Assembly: GCA_035266085.1 (NCBI GenBank)
Contig: DATFNZ010000107.1
Span: forward strand, 12,857-76,856
DNA: 64,000 nt
Direction of reading: 5' to 3'
Source of the DNA: Thermoanaerobaculia bacterium
Lineage (GTDB): Bacteria; Acidobacteriota; Thermoanaerobaculia; Multivoradales; UBA5704
Shown here: one piece after another, positions 25,343 through 32,883 of the stretch
Layout of the letters: each line of letters opens with the position of its first letter
How positions within the stretch are numbered: position 1 is the first letter of the stretch
Position numbers and translations under genes: made by a program
The notes under the pieces: generated by a model
Databases searched by the model: none
Told to the model about the DNA's origin: nothing
The model's input: the letters and a program-made list of their open reading frames with translations, nothing else

Positions 25343-25392
25343 CGCAAAAGGGGCGGCGATCGCATCTCATCGCAGGAGATAATCGCCGCCCC
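25343..25392. terminator. Hairpin after the S9 peptidase gene (terminator-like, no U-run)
   Basis: GGGGCGGCGAT (25350..25360) pairs with ATCGCCGCCCC (25382..25392) around a 21-nt loop. Confidence 0.35.
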
Positions 25393-25507
25393 ATGAGCTC
25401 TCCCCCGCTCCTGCCCCTGATCCTCTTCGTCCTCACCTACGTCGGGCTGGCCCTCGGGCGCATCCCCGGCCTGGCGGCGGCGGCCATGCTGCTCTGGTGA
25501 GGGCAGC

Positions 25508-25894
25508 TCAGTGAGATCGAATCGAACGGGCGATCAGGCCGAGGCCCCCGAAGAGCAGCACCAGCATCAGGAGCGTATTGAACAGGCTGGTGCTCCGGAA
25601 GTAGATCTCGAGGTTCATCAGGATGCCGGTGAGGACGATCACCGCTCCCGCGATCAACAGGAGCCAGCCGACCTTCGACCGGCCGTTGAAGAACAGCAGG
25701 AAGACGCCGAAGAGGAGCGGCACCAGGGACAGGCCGAAGGCATTGTGCCCCCAGAGATACCAGTAGCCGCTGGTGACCGTGACCTGCTGAGTCAGCAGGT
25801 AGCCGCCAGCGACGGCCATGGCGAAGCCGATCAGGAACTCCCCGAGGCCGCCCGGAGTCCCTCCCGCGCCCCGGAACCGAGTGTCATTTTCCAT
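25508..25894 (-). CDS. Hypothetical polytopic membrane protein (128 aa, four TM helices)
   Basis: Four hydrophobic helices. Last gene of the putative operon 28026..25508. Confidence 0.55.
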   Translation of the reverse strand: MENDTRFRGAGGTPGGLGEFLIGFAMAVAGGYLLTQQVTVTSGYWYLWGHNAFGLSLVPLLFGVFLLFFNGRSKVGWLLLIAGAVIVLTGILMNLEIYFRSTSLFNTLLMLVLLFGGLGLIARSIRSH

Positions 25895-25920
25895 CTCGAT
25901 ATCCTACATGGCTATAGGGC

Positions 25921-26520
25921 CTACGAGCGGCGCAGGATCAGGTGGCGGTAGGAGCCGACGGACGGCTCGTCGCGCTCGACCACGAAGGGCGCTCCCGAGC
26001 GGGCCAGGATCTCCCCCATCCGCCGGTTCGTGCTGGTGAAGACGAAGTCGAGGAGAGCGAGACCGGCCCGCCGGAGGAGACCCGGACGGTCCTCGTCGGG
26101 CAGGAACTTGTCGAAGACCGCCAGCCGCCCGCCGGGGCGGAGCACCCGCGCCGCTTCCCTGAGGCAGCGGGCGGGGTCGGGGATCACCTCCAGGACCATG
26201 TGGAGGATGGCCGCGTCATGGGAGCCGTCCGGCAGGTCGAGGGCCATGCCGTCCAGCACCCGAAACTCGATCCCGGGGCGGGCATGGGCCATCGCCTGCC
26301 GCAGCATGGCGGGAGTCAGATCGGCCGCCAGCACCTGGATCCCCCCGGGGAGGAGCGGCAGGTCAGCCCCGGTGCCGCAGCCGATGATCACCAGCCGCTC
26401 GCCGGGCCGCAGCTCGAGCAGGGCGATCGAATGCCGGCGCTCGCGGTGGAACTTCGTCACCCGGTCGTAGTGGGGCGCCCAGAGGGTATAGCGGAAGCGG
26501 TGCCAGGCGTTCGAAGGCAT
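25921..26520 (-). CDS. Class I SAM-dependent methyltransferase
   Basis: Motif I LVIIGCGTGADL, post-I acidic residue VLAADLT, motif II ILHMVLEVI and a ...RVLRPGGRLAVFD pattern. Confidence 0.8.
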   Translation of the reverse strand: MPSNAWHRFRYTLWAPHYDRVTKFHRERRHSIALLELRPGERLVIIGCGTGADLPLLPGGIQVLAADLTPAMLRQAMAHARPGIEFRVLDGMALDLPDGSHDAAILHMVLEVIPDPARCLREAARVLRPGGRLAVFDKFLPDEDRPGLLRRAGLALLDFVFTSTNRRMGEILARSGAPFVVERDEPSVGSYRHLILRRS

Positions 26521-26619
26521 GGAGGAGGGAAAAAGGGTGGGTCGAGGCGAACCGGAGGGGGACGCCTCGACCCGAGGGGAGATCTTACAAGGAGCCGGAG
26601 CCGCCGTGGGGAACGGGGC

Positions 26620-28026
26620 TCAAAACGGCATCCTCAGGTGTCCAAAGTCCTCGCGGGGCCCCGGCCCGGGGGCGGGCTCGCGCGAAGAGTCGTCGAAGAA
26701 CTGGCGGACCTGCATCGGATCCGTGTGGGCCAGGCGGTGGTAGAAACGGAGGGCCACCTCGACCTCCGTCCGCCAGAGCGAGCAGCGCTCCTCCGAGATC
26801 TCGTGCGGCTCCTCGTCGGGCGCCGAGGTCACGAAGGTGCTGTGGCTGCAGACGTGCCGGGCCCAGCATCCCTGGCAGGGGAAATCTTCCTCGTCGCCTT
26901 CCAGCCCGGCCTGCCTCACCGGCGCCGCGGCGCTGGCGAGGTCCGGCAGCCGCAGGTCGAGGCTGTCGAGCACGGAGCGGGGATAGATGTCGGCCATCGG
27001 CATCAGTCCCGCGAAGCTGCCGCGCTCGGCGTAGGCCTGGTCCAGGGGCTCGCTGTGCATCAGGCGGTCGACGATCCGGGTCAGCGGCTTGAAGTCGACC
27101 GGCAGGCGCTGAGCGGCGAGCTCGTCGGCCATCTCGTCACAGACGGCCAGCAGGTCGTTCCGCACCTCCCGCTGGCGTCCCGGTTGCGCCACGTCGTCCT
27201 CGAGCAGGGTCGCGTCCAGGTGCCGGATGCCGAGCCTCTTCGCCCATTCCCAAAGGTCGAGGAGGCGGCCCCGTCCCAGCGTGCTGTGCACGGTCAGCCG
27301 GTCGCCCAGGCGATCCAGCAGGAGCCGCACGGCCGGCTCGGCACTCCAGCGGTCTCCCCCGGCAAAGCGATCGACCCGGGCGCTGCGGTCGGCGTAGAAG
27401 CCGTCGACGGGGGCCGGATAGCTGCCGCAGCGCAGGCGCACCTGGAACGAATAGCCGGCGAGGAAGTCAGCCCGGGCGGGCGTCACTTCACCGGCATCGA
27501 GCGTCAGCTCGAAGGAGATCTCCTGTTGCAGAAGCCCGCCCAGACGGGAGGACTCGACGACGATCCGCTCGAGCAGGCCGTTGCCCGGGAACGAGCCGCC
27601 CCAGTTCAGGTGGAGCTTGACGCGGCTGTTGCCGAAGCTCTGCTTGAACACGAACCCGACGACGTCGAGGGCGGCCTCCTCCCTCGCCTGGTCGATGCGG
27701 GCGTGGAGCTGGTCGTCGATCCGGTAGAGGGCGCCGGGATTCCACCAGCCGGCCGTCTCCTGACCACCGGCGGCAGTGCCGCTCCAGCCGATCCCGCCCT
27801 CGCTGGTGAGCAGGTCCTCGTTGACGAGCCAGCCGAGCAGAGCCTCGTCGAGGTCACCCGTCTCCAGCGCGGGGGCGACGTGGAACTGCAGCTCCTCCGG
27901 CACTTCCACCACCGCCGCGCGCTCCAGGTCGTAGATCAGGCTGCACGAGCCGTCCCCCTCGATCAAGGGGTGCAGGGCTCTCAGTCGCAGGGCGCCAGGC
28001 ATGGGCATGGTGGTGACGTGAAGCAT
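26620..28026 (-). CDS. Hypothetical 468-aa protein with a C-terminal Cx2Cx5C...C (SPASM/twitch-like) motif and no canonical radical-SAM CxxxCxxC
   Basis: ATG at 28026 with AAGGAGG 9 nt upstream. The C-terminus reads FPCQGCWARHVCSHS...EERCSLWRTEVEVALRFYHRL. The N-terminus has EGDGSCSLIYD where radical-SAM maturases carry CxxxCxxC. Confidence 0.6.
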   Translation of the reverse strand: MLHVTTMPMPGALRLRALHPLIEGDGSCSLIYDLERAAVVEVPEELQFHVAPALETGDLDEALLGWLVNEDLLTSEGGIGWSGTAAGGQETAGWWNPGALYRIDDQLHARIDQAREEAALDVVGFVFKQSFGNSRVKLHLNWGGSFPGNGLLERIVVESSRLGGLLQQEISFELTLDAGEVTPARADFLAGYSFQVRLRCGSYPAPVDGFYADRSARVDRFAGGDRWSAEPAVRLLLDRLGDRLTVHSTLGRGRLLDLWEWAKRLGIRHLDATLLEDDVAQPGRQREVRNDLLAVCDEMADELAAQRLPVDFKPLTRIVDRLMHSEPLDQAYAERGSFAGLMPMADIYPRSVLDSLDLRLPDLASAAAPVRQAGLEGDEEDFPCQGCWARHVCSHSTFVTSAPDEEPHEISEERCSLWRTEVEVALRFYHRLAHTDPMQVRQFFDDSSREPAPGPGPREDFGHLRMPF

Positions 28027-28230
28027 GGCTCGTCTTCCTCCTTCTGATGCCGGCGATGGGTCGACCCTCCTCCTACTCCGAGTGACCAGGATAGCTCAAC
28101 CATTTCGCCTCTAATACCTTCGTTTCCGCTGAGGCCCTTTTCGGGACAAAAATCTCGAACTTTTTTTGAAAAGCCCGTTTTCAGGGGGTTTCAGAGAACC
28201 CTCGCCACAATGCTCAAGGAAGAAGCGTCC

Positions 28231-28258
28231 AAAACGGGCGGCCGCAAGGGGCCGCCCG
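28231..28258 (-). terminator. Rho-independent terminator for the S9 peptidase gene 28278..30344
   Basis: Stem CGGGCGGCC / GGCCGCCCG (28235..28258). On the minus strand it is followed by TTTT (reverse complement of 28231..28234). Confidence 0.5.
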
Positions 28259-28277
28259 CAGACCTTCAGGAAACAGT

Positions 28278-30344
28278 CTATTTAGAAGAGGAAGAGGTGC
28301 CGGGCTTCAGCCAGCGGTCCAGCCAGGCGAGCACGGTTTCGTGCCAGAGGAGGCTGTTCGCGGGCTTCAGAACCCAATGGTTCTCGTCGGGGAAATGGAG
28401 GAACTGGCTGGGGATTCCCCGGCGCTGGAGGACGTTGAAGGCGGCGATCCCCTGGTCCACCGGGATCCGGTAGTCGAGGCCGCCGTGGACCACCAGCATC
28501 GGCGTCTTCCAGCGGTCGACGAACTGTGCCGGATTGTGCTTCTCGTAGCCCGCGGGGTTCTGCCAGTAGGGTCCGCCGTGCTCCCATTCGGGGAACCAGA
28601 GCTCCTCGGTGCCGTAGTACATCATCCGCTGATCGAAGACGCCGTCGTGGGTGACCAGGCACTGGAAGCGGTCGGGCCAGTTGCCGGCGATCCAGTTGGT
28701 CATGTAGCCGCCATAGGAGGCGCCGAGGGCGCAGACGCGGCCGCCGTCGATCCAGGGATTGCGCTGGAGGGCCGCCTCCAGCCCTTTCTGGAGGTCGACC
28801 AGCGGCTTGCCGCCCCAGTCCATGCGGATGGCGTCCGTGAAGGCCTGCCCGTAGCCGGTCGAGCCGTGGAAGTCGATCTGCACCACGGCGTAGCCCGCTC
28901 CGGCGTAGACCTGCGGGTTCCAGCGGTAGTGGAACTCGTTGCTGGAGGAGCCCTGGGGCCCGCCGTGGATGATGAAGGCGAGCGGATATTTCTGGCCCGG
29001 CTGGAAGCCGGCGGGCCGGGTGAGCCAGCCGTAGACCGTGTCGCCGTTCGCTCCTTTGAAGGAAAACTGCTCGGTCTCCCCCATCAGCGCCGCCGCGAGC
29101 CGCTCCTGGTTCACGCGGGTGATCTGGGTCACGCCCGAGCCGTCGCGCCGCGCGGTGTGGAGCTCGACGGGCGAGCGCAGGGTGTCGCGGCCGAAGACGA
29201 AGCGGTCGCCCGCCAGCTGCGGCTCGCGGACGTGACCATCGCCCACCAGCTTCGTCACCCTGCCCGTCGCCACGTCGATGGCGAACAGGGGCGTCTGCCC
29301 CACGTCGGTGGCCGTGGTGTAGAGGGTGCGGCCGTCGGGCGAGAAGATCAGGCCCTCGGCCGAGCGGTCCCACTCCTCGGCCAGCACCCGCTCGCGGCCG
29401 GAAGCGAGGTCGCGCAGCCGGATACGGAAGCGGTCGGCCTCGAAGCCCGGACGGGACATGAAGAGGTAGGCGAGCGTCTTGCCGTCCGGCGAGAAAGCGG
29501 GTTGGGTGTCCCAGGCGGGATTGGCGTCGGTCAGGTTGCGGGGCGGCTGGGAGCCGTCCACCGGCACCTGGTAGAGATCGAAGTCCGTGGACCACGGCTC
29601 CTCGCGGCCAGCGTCGCGCGCCGAGAAGACCACCGTCCGGCCGTCGGGGGAGAAGGTGAATTCCTCGGTGCCGCCGAAAGGCCTGGACGGAACGTCAGCG
29701 TTCATGCCGCGCGTCAGGTCGACGGGCTCGCCGCCGGCGGCGGGCATCACGAACAGATGATTGCGGCGTCCCTCCGACCAGGTGTCCCAGTGGCGGAAGA
29801 AGCCGGCATCGCCCTGGTAGAGCTGCCCCGAGGTCTTCCCCTTCTCCTTCTGGTCCAGCCGCTCCCGGGTGCAGGCGACGGTCGGGCAATCGGCGAAGAC
29901 CTCCAGGCTGAAGGCGAGCCGCGAGCCGTCCGGCGACAGGGTCAGGCTCGACACGTCGAGCGGCAGCTTGGTCACCTGAACGGCGTCGCCGCCCGCGGCG
30001 GGCAGCCGCCAGACTTGGCTGGACCCGGAGCGGGTCGACAGGAAGTAGACGCTCTGGCCGTCCGGTGCCCAGCGCGGGTTGTTGTCCGAGGCCGGATCGC
30101 TGGTCAGGCGGGTCAGGCCGGAGCCGTCCGGTTTGACCATCCAGAGGTCGGTCCGCCCCCTGTTGGCATCCATATCCGTGGCGCGGACGACGAAAACCAC
30201 CCGGTCTCCCTGTGGCGAGGGCTGGGGCTCCGAGATCCGCTCCATGGTGACCATGTCCCGGGCCGTGAACGGATGGGGCTGCGCCACGGCGGCGGCGGCG
30301 AGGGCAAGGCCGAGCAAGGCGAGAACGTAGAGTCGTTTGGGCAT
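28278..30344 (-). CDS. Secreted S9 family serine peptidase (prolyl oligopeptidase family)
   Basis: ATG at 30344 with GGGAG 7 nt upstream. Signal peptide MPKRLYVLALLGLALAAAAVAQ. Propeller repeats (SPDG...). Nucleophile elbow GASYGGYM, then HGGLDYRIP...DENHW. The track ORF start at 30641 is a 5' extension. Confidence 0.85.
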   Translation of the reverse strand: MPKRLYVLALLGLALAAAAVAQPHPFTARDMVTMERISEPQPSPQGDRVVFVVRATDMDANRGRTDLWMVKPDGSGLTRLTSDPASDNNPRWAPDGQSVYFLSTRSGSSQVWRLPAAGGDAVQVTKLPLDVSSLTLSPDGSRLAFSLEVFADCPTVACTRERLDQKEKGKTSGQLYQGDAGFFRHWDTWSEGRRNHLFVMPAAGGEPVDLTRGMNADVPSRPFGGTEEFTFSPDGRTVVFSARDAGREEPWSTDFDLYQVPVDGSQPPRNLTDANPAWDTQPAFSPDGKTLAYLFMSRPGFEADRFRIRLRDLASGRERVLAEEWDRSAEGLIFSPDGRTLYTTATDVGQTPLFAIDVATGRVTKLVGDGHVREPQLAGDRFVFGRDTLRSPVELHTARRDGSGVTQITRVNQERLAAALMGETEQFSFKGANGDTVYGWLTRPAGFQPGQKYPLAFIIHGGPQGSSSNEFHYRWNPQVYAGAGYAVVQIDFHGSTGYGQAFTDAIRMDWGGKPLVDLQKGLEAALQRNPWIDGGRVCALGASYGGYMTNWIAGNWPDRFQCLVTHDGVFDQRMMYYGTEELWFPEWEHGGPYWQNPAGYEKHNPAQFVDRWKTPMLVVHGGLDYRIPVDQGIAAFNVLQRRGIPSQFLHFPDENHWVLKPANSLLWHETVLAWLDRWLKPGTSSSSK

Positions 30345-30429
30345 CAGGATCTCCCGGATCAGGATCACTGGGTCATGAGTCGAGGCACGGGAGACTCTAG
30401 CAGAGGGGCCGAGGGCGTCGTGGACCGCA

Positions 30430-31131
30430 GTGCTATATACTACAAGCGTGGTAAATACTACTACGACCCCATCTATCCTGGAGCAGTTGCTGGGCTCACG
30501 GCTGCGGGCCAGGCTTCTGGGTTGGCTGCTCTTGCATCCCGGAGAGCGGTACTTCGTGCGCCAGTTGGCAGCAATCCTCCAAGAGGATCCCACGAATCTC
30601 AGCCGTGAGCTCTCGCGCTTGGAGAGCATGGGGATCGTCACCGGCTCCCGCGAGGGACAGCAGAAGTATTTCCGGGCTAACCCGGACTGCCCGATCTATC
30701 CGGACCTCCGAGGACTGGTGCTCAAGACCTCCGGGGTCTCGGAAGCGTTGCGAGAGGCGCTCCGACCGCTTGCGGACCGGATCTCCCTGGCCTTTCTCTT
30801 CGGCTCCGTGGCGGCAGGCAAGGAAAACGCCGCGAGCGACATCGATCTTTTCGTGATCGGGGTGGTCAGTCTCGCGGAGCTCGTCGAAGCGCTCAGCCCT
30901 GTCCAGAACCAGATCGGCCGGGAGGTGAACCCGGTTGTCTATCCTGTTGCCGAGTTACGTGACAAACTTGCGCAAGGCCATCATTTCCTGATCTCGGTCT
31001 TCGGAGGACCGACGGTGCTTCTGATGGGAGACCTGCGTGAGCTTGAAGGACTGGCACAAATTCGGGTGGCTGACGGAGCACCAGGCGACGCAAGGGGAGA
31101 TCCAGGACCTCTTCGCCGTCATCGAGCGTGA
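30430..31131 (+). CDS. Winged-HTH (ArsR/MarR-like) plus minimal nucleotidyltransferase (MNT) fusion protein
   Basis: HTH region RLLGWLLLHPGERYFVRQLAAILQEDPTNLSRELSRLESMGIV. NTase motif LFGSVAAGKENAASDIDLFVIG (GS...DxD). Start at the GTG at 30430 or the GTG at 30448. Confidence 0.65.
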   Translation: MLYTTSVVNTTTTPSILEQLLGSRLRARLLGWLLLHPGERYFVRQLAAILQEDPTNLSRELSRLESMGIVTGSREGQQKYFRANPDCPIYPDLRGLVLKTSGVSEALREALRPLADRISLAFLFGSVAAGKENAASDIDLFVIGVVSLAELVEALSPVQNQIGREVNPVVYPVAELRDKLAQGHHFLISVFGGPTVLLMGDLRELEGLAQIRVADGAPGDARGDPGPLRRHRA

Positions 31132-31474
31132 CCTCGCTGATTCGGAGCTCGAAGCCTTGAGCCCCGATTGGCGGCTGAGCATCGCCCACAACGCTGCCCT
31201 CCAGGCGGCTACGGCGGCTCTTGGGGCTTGCGGATACCGCGCCACGAGAGAGGCCCATCACTACCGGGTCATCCAGTCGCTCGCTCATACCCTGGGCTCA
31301 CCCGGAAGCCTCATCAGCCGGCTGGACCTGTTTCGAAAGAAACGGAACCTTGGAGGTTACGAACGCGCGGGAGCCGTTTCCGAGCAGGAAGCCCGAGAGA
31401 TGATCGCACTGGCCCGAGAAGTCGACGCGGAGGTACGCCGCTGGTTCTCGGTCAACCATCCCGAGCTTCTTTAA
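31037..31474 (+). CDS. HEPN-like / NTase substrate-binding-like helical protein, putative partner of the upstream MNT
   Basis: 145-aa all-helical product (DLFAVIERDLADSELEA...LDLFRKKRNLGGYE). Its ATG overlaps the upstream NTase gene by 95 nt in another frame. No clear Rx4-6H motif. The call rests on size, helicity and context. Confidence 0.4.
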   Translation: MSLKDWHKFGWLTEHQATQGEIQDLFAVIERDLADSELEALSPDWRLSIAHNAALQAATAALGACGYRATREAHHYRVIQSLAHTLGSPGSLISRLDLFRKKRNLGGYERAGAVSEQEAREMIALAREVDAEVRRWFSVNHPELL

Positions 31475-31500
31475 CGGACGGCCGCTCCCCGGCTCTCTCC

Positions 31501-32814
31501 TCAGTGGCACTTCCCGTCCCGCTCCATCTCCACGACGTAGTCGCGGATGACCTCCGTGTCGTCAGCATTCGGGGCGAGCTTCGTGTACCGCTTGAACTGG
31601 ACGCAGGCTTCGCCGAGCTTCTTGCTCTCGTAGAGCAGGAGCCCCAGCTCGCGGTGGGGAGTGGGACGGCCCGGGTCCAGCTCGGTCGCCTTCCGGAAGG
31701 AATCCTCGGCCTCGCCGCGGAGGCGGCGCTGGTCCTCCCGGCTCTTCTCGGGGTCGCCGGCCTGGGCGAGCTGGAGACGCCCTCTGAGGAAGTGGGTCTC
31801 GGGATCCTTGGGCATCCAACCCTGGACCTTCTCGAGCTGGCCCTCGGCCAGCGCCAACCTCCCCATCCGGATGTTCAGGCCGGCGTCGTCGCGCACGACC
31901 GGCCGGACGCGGCGGGTGAACGCCTCCTCCCGCTCCTGCCGGGCGACCTCGCCGGCCGGATTGGCGTCGCCGGCGTGCTTGGCAAGGTACGCCCTGGTGT
32001 TCTGGACCCGCTCGCTGAGCCGGGGATGGCTGCCGAAGAAAAAGGCTTCGACCTTCTTCTTCTCGCCGTGGTCGTTCAGAAGCGCCTCGTAGACCTTCGG
32101 CGCCTGCTGCAGGTCGTAGCCGGATGCGGCTATCTTCCTGAAGCCGCCCTCGTCTGCCTCGAGCTCGAGCCCGCGGCCGTAGCCGTTGACCGAGGCCAGG
32201 AAGGCGAGCTGCAGGCCGAGGCCCACGATCAGATCGCCCATCATGTCGATCACGGCCGCCTTGCCCCAGTCGCCGTGGTCCAGAGCGTCGATCTCGGCGG
32301 CCGCGAGGACCACCGAGGCGGCCACGGCGGCGACCGAGAGGCCGACCTGCTTGTTGTGGGCGGCGCGGTGGTAGCGCAGCATGTGCCGGTTCTCGACATG
32401 GGTCATCTCATGGCCGAGCACCGTCGCGAGCTCGTCCTCGTTCTCGATGCGGGCGAGCAGGCCCGTGTGGACGTAGATCGAGCCGTGCGGGTAGGCGAAG
32501 GCGTTCAAGGTCGGATCCTCGACGACCCGGACCTTGTAGCGGATGGCCGGGTTGGCCGCCATGCCGGCGGGATTGAGCCCCGCGACGACCTTCTCCAGGT
32601 AGGCGTCGAGGAGCGGGTCCTGGTACAGGTCGACCTTCTCCAGAAGCTTCTTTTCCTCGTCGCGGGACTGCTCCCAGAGAGCCTCCTCGTCCGGGAGCGG
32701 CTTGAAGGTGCTCCCCTGGCTCGAGATCGGCGGCAGTTGCGTCGTGACGCAGGACGCGCTGACCAGGAGCAGAGTCGCCAGAGCGACGGAACGAAACGCG
32801 GTGGAACGACGCAT
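31501..32814 (-). CDS. M48 family zinc metallopeptidase lipoprotein with C-terminal TPR repeats
   Basis: ATG at 32814 with GGGAGG 4 nt upstream. Lipobox LLLVSASC. HEMTH zinc motif (LGHEMTHVENRH). C-terminal TPR-like helices. Confidence 0.8.
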   Translation of the reverse strand: MRRSTAFRSVALATLLLVSASCVTTQLPPISSQGSTFKPLPDEEALWEQSRDEEKKLLEKVDLYQDPLLDAYLEKVVAGLNPAGMAANPAIRYKVRVVEDPTLNAFAYPHGSIYVHTGLLARIENEDELATVLGHEMTHVENRHMLRYHRAAHNKQVGLSVAAVAASVVLAAAEIDALDHGDWGKAAVIDMMGDLIVGLGLQLAFLASVNGYGRGLELEADEGGFRKIAASGYDLQQAPKVYEALLNDHGEKKKVEAFFFGSHPRLSERVQNTRAYLAKHAGDANPAGEVARQEREEAFTRRVRPVVRDDAGLNIRMGRLALAEGQLEKVQGWMPKDPETHFLRGRLQLAQAGDPEKSREDQRRLRGEAEDSFRKATELDPGRPTPHRELGLLLYESKKLGEACVQFKRYTKLAPNADDTEVIRDYVVEMERDGKCH

Positions 32815-32883
32815 AGGGCCTCCCATCGGATACGCTGAGTCAGGAAAACAGCATTATTGTACCTCTCCTCCCGAGGTCTCCTG

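Noticed and set aside
26030-26470. Plus-strand ORFs antisense to the methyltransferase and other small ORFs under 120 aa scattered through the window
   Set aside because: No RBS, antisense to strong genes, and low-complexity products.
28100-28210. Relatively AT-rich stretch (…GACAAAAATCTCGAACTTTTTTTGAAAAGCCCGTTTTCAGGGGG…) as a promoter for the 26620..28026 operon
   Set aside because: I could not place a convincing -35/-10 pair with 16-18-bp spacing on the minus strand. It is probably promoter/UP DNA but I left it unannotated rather than inventing elements.
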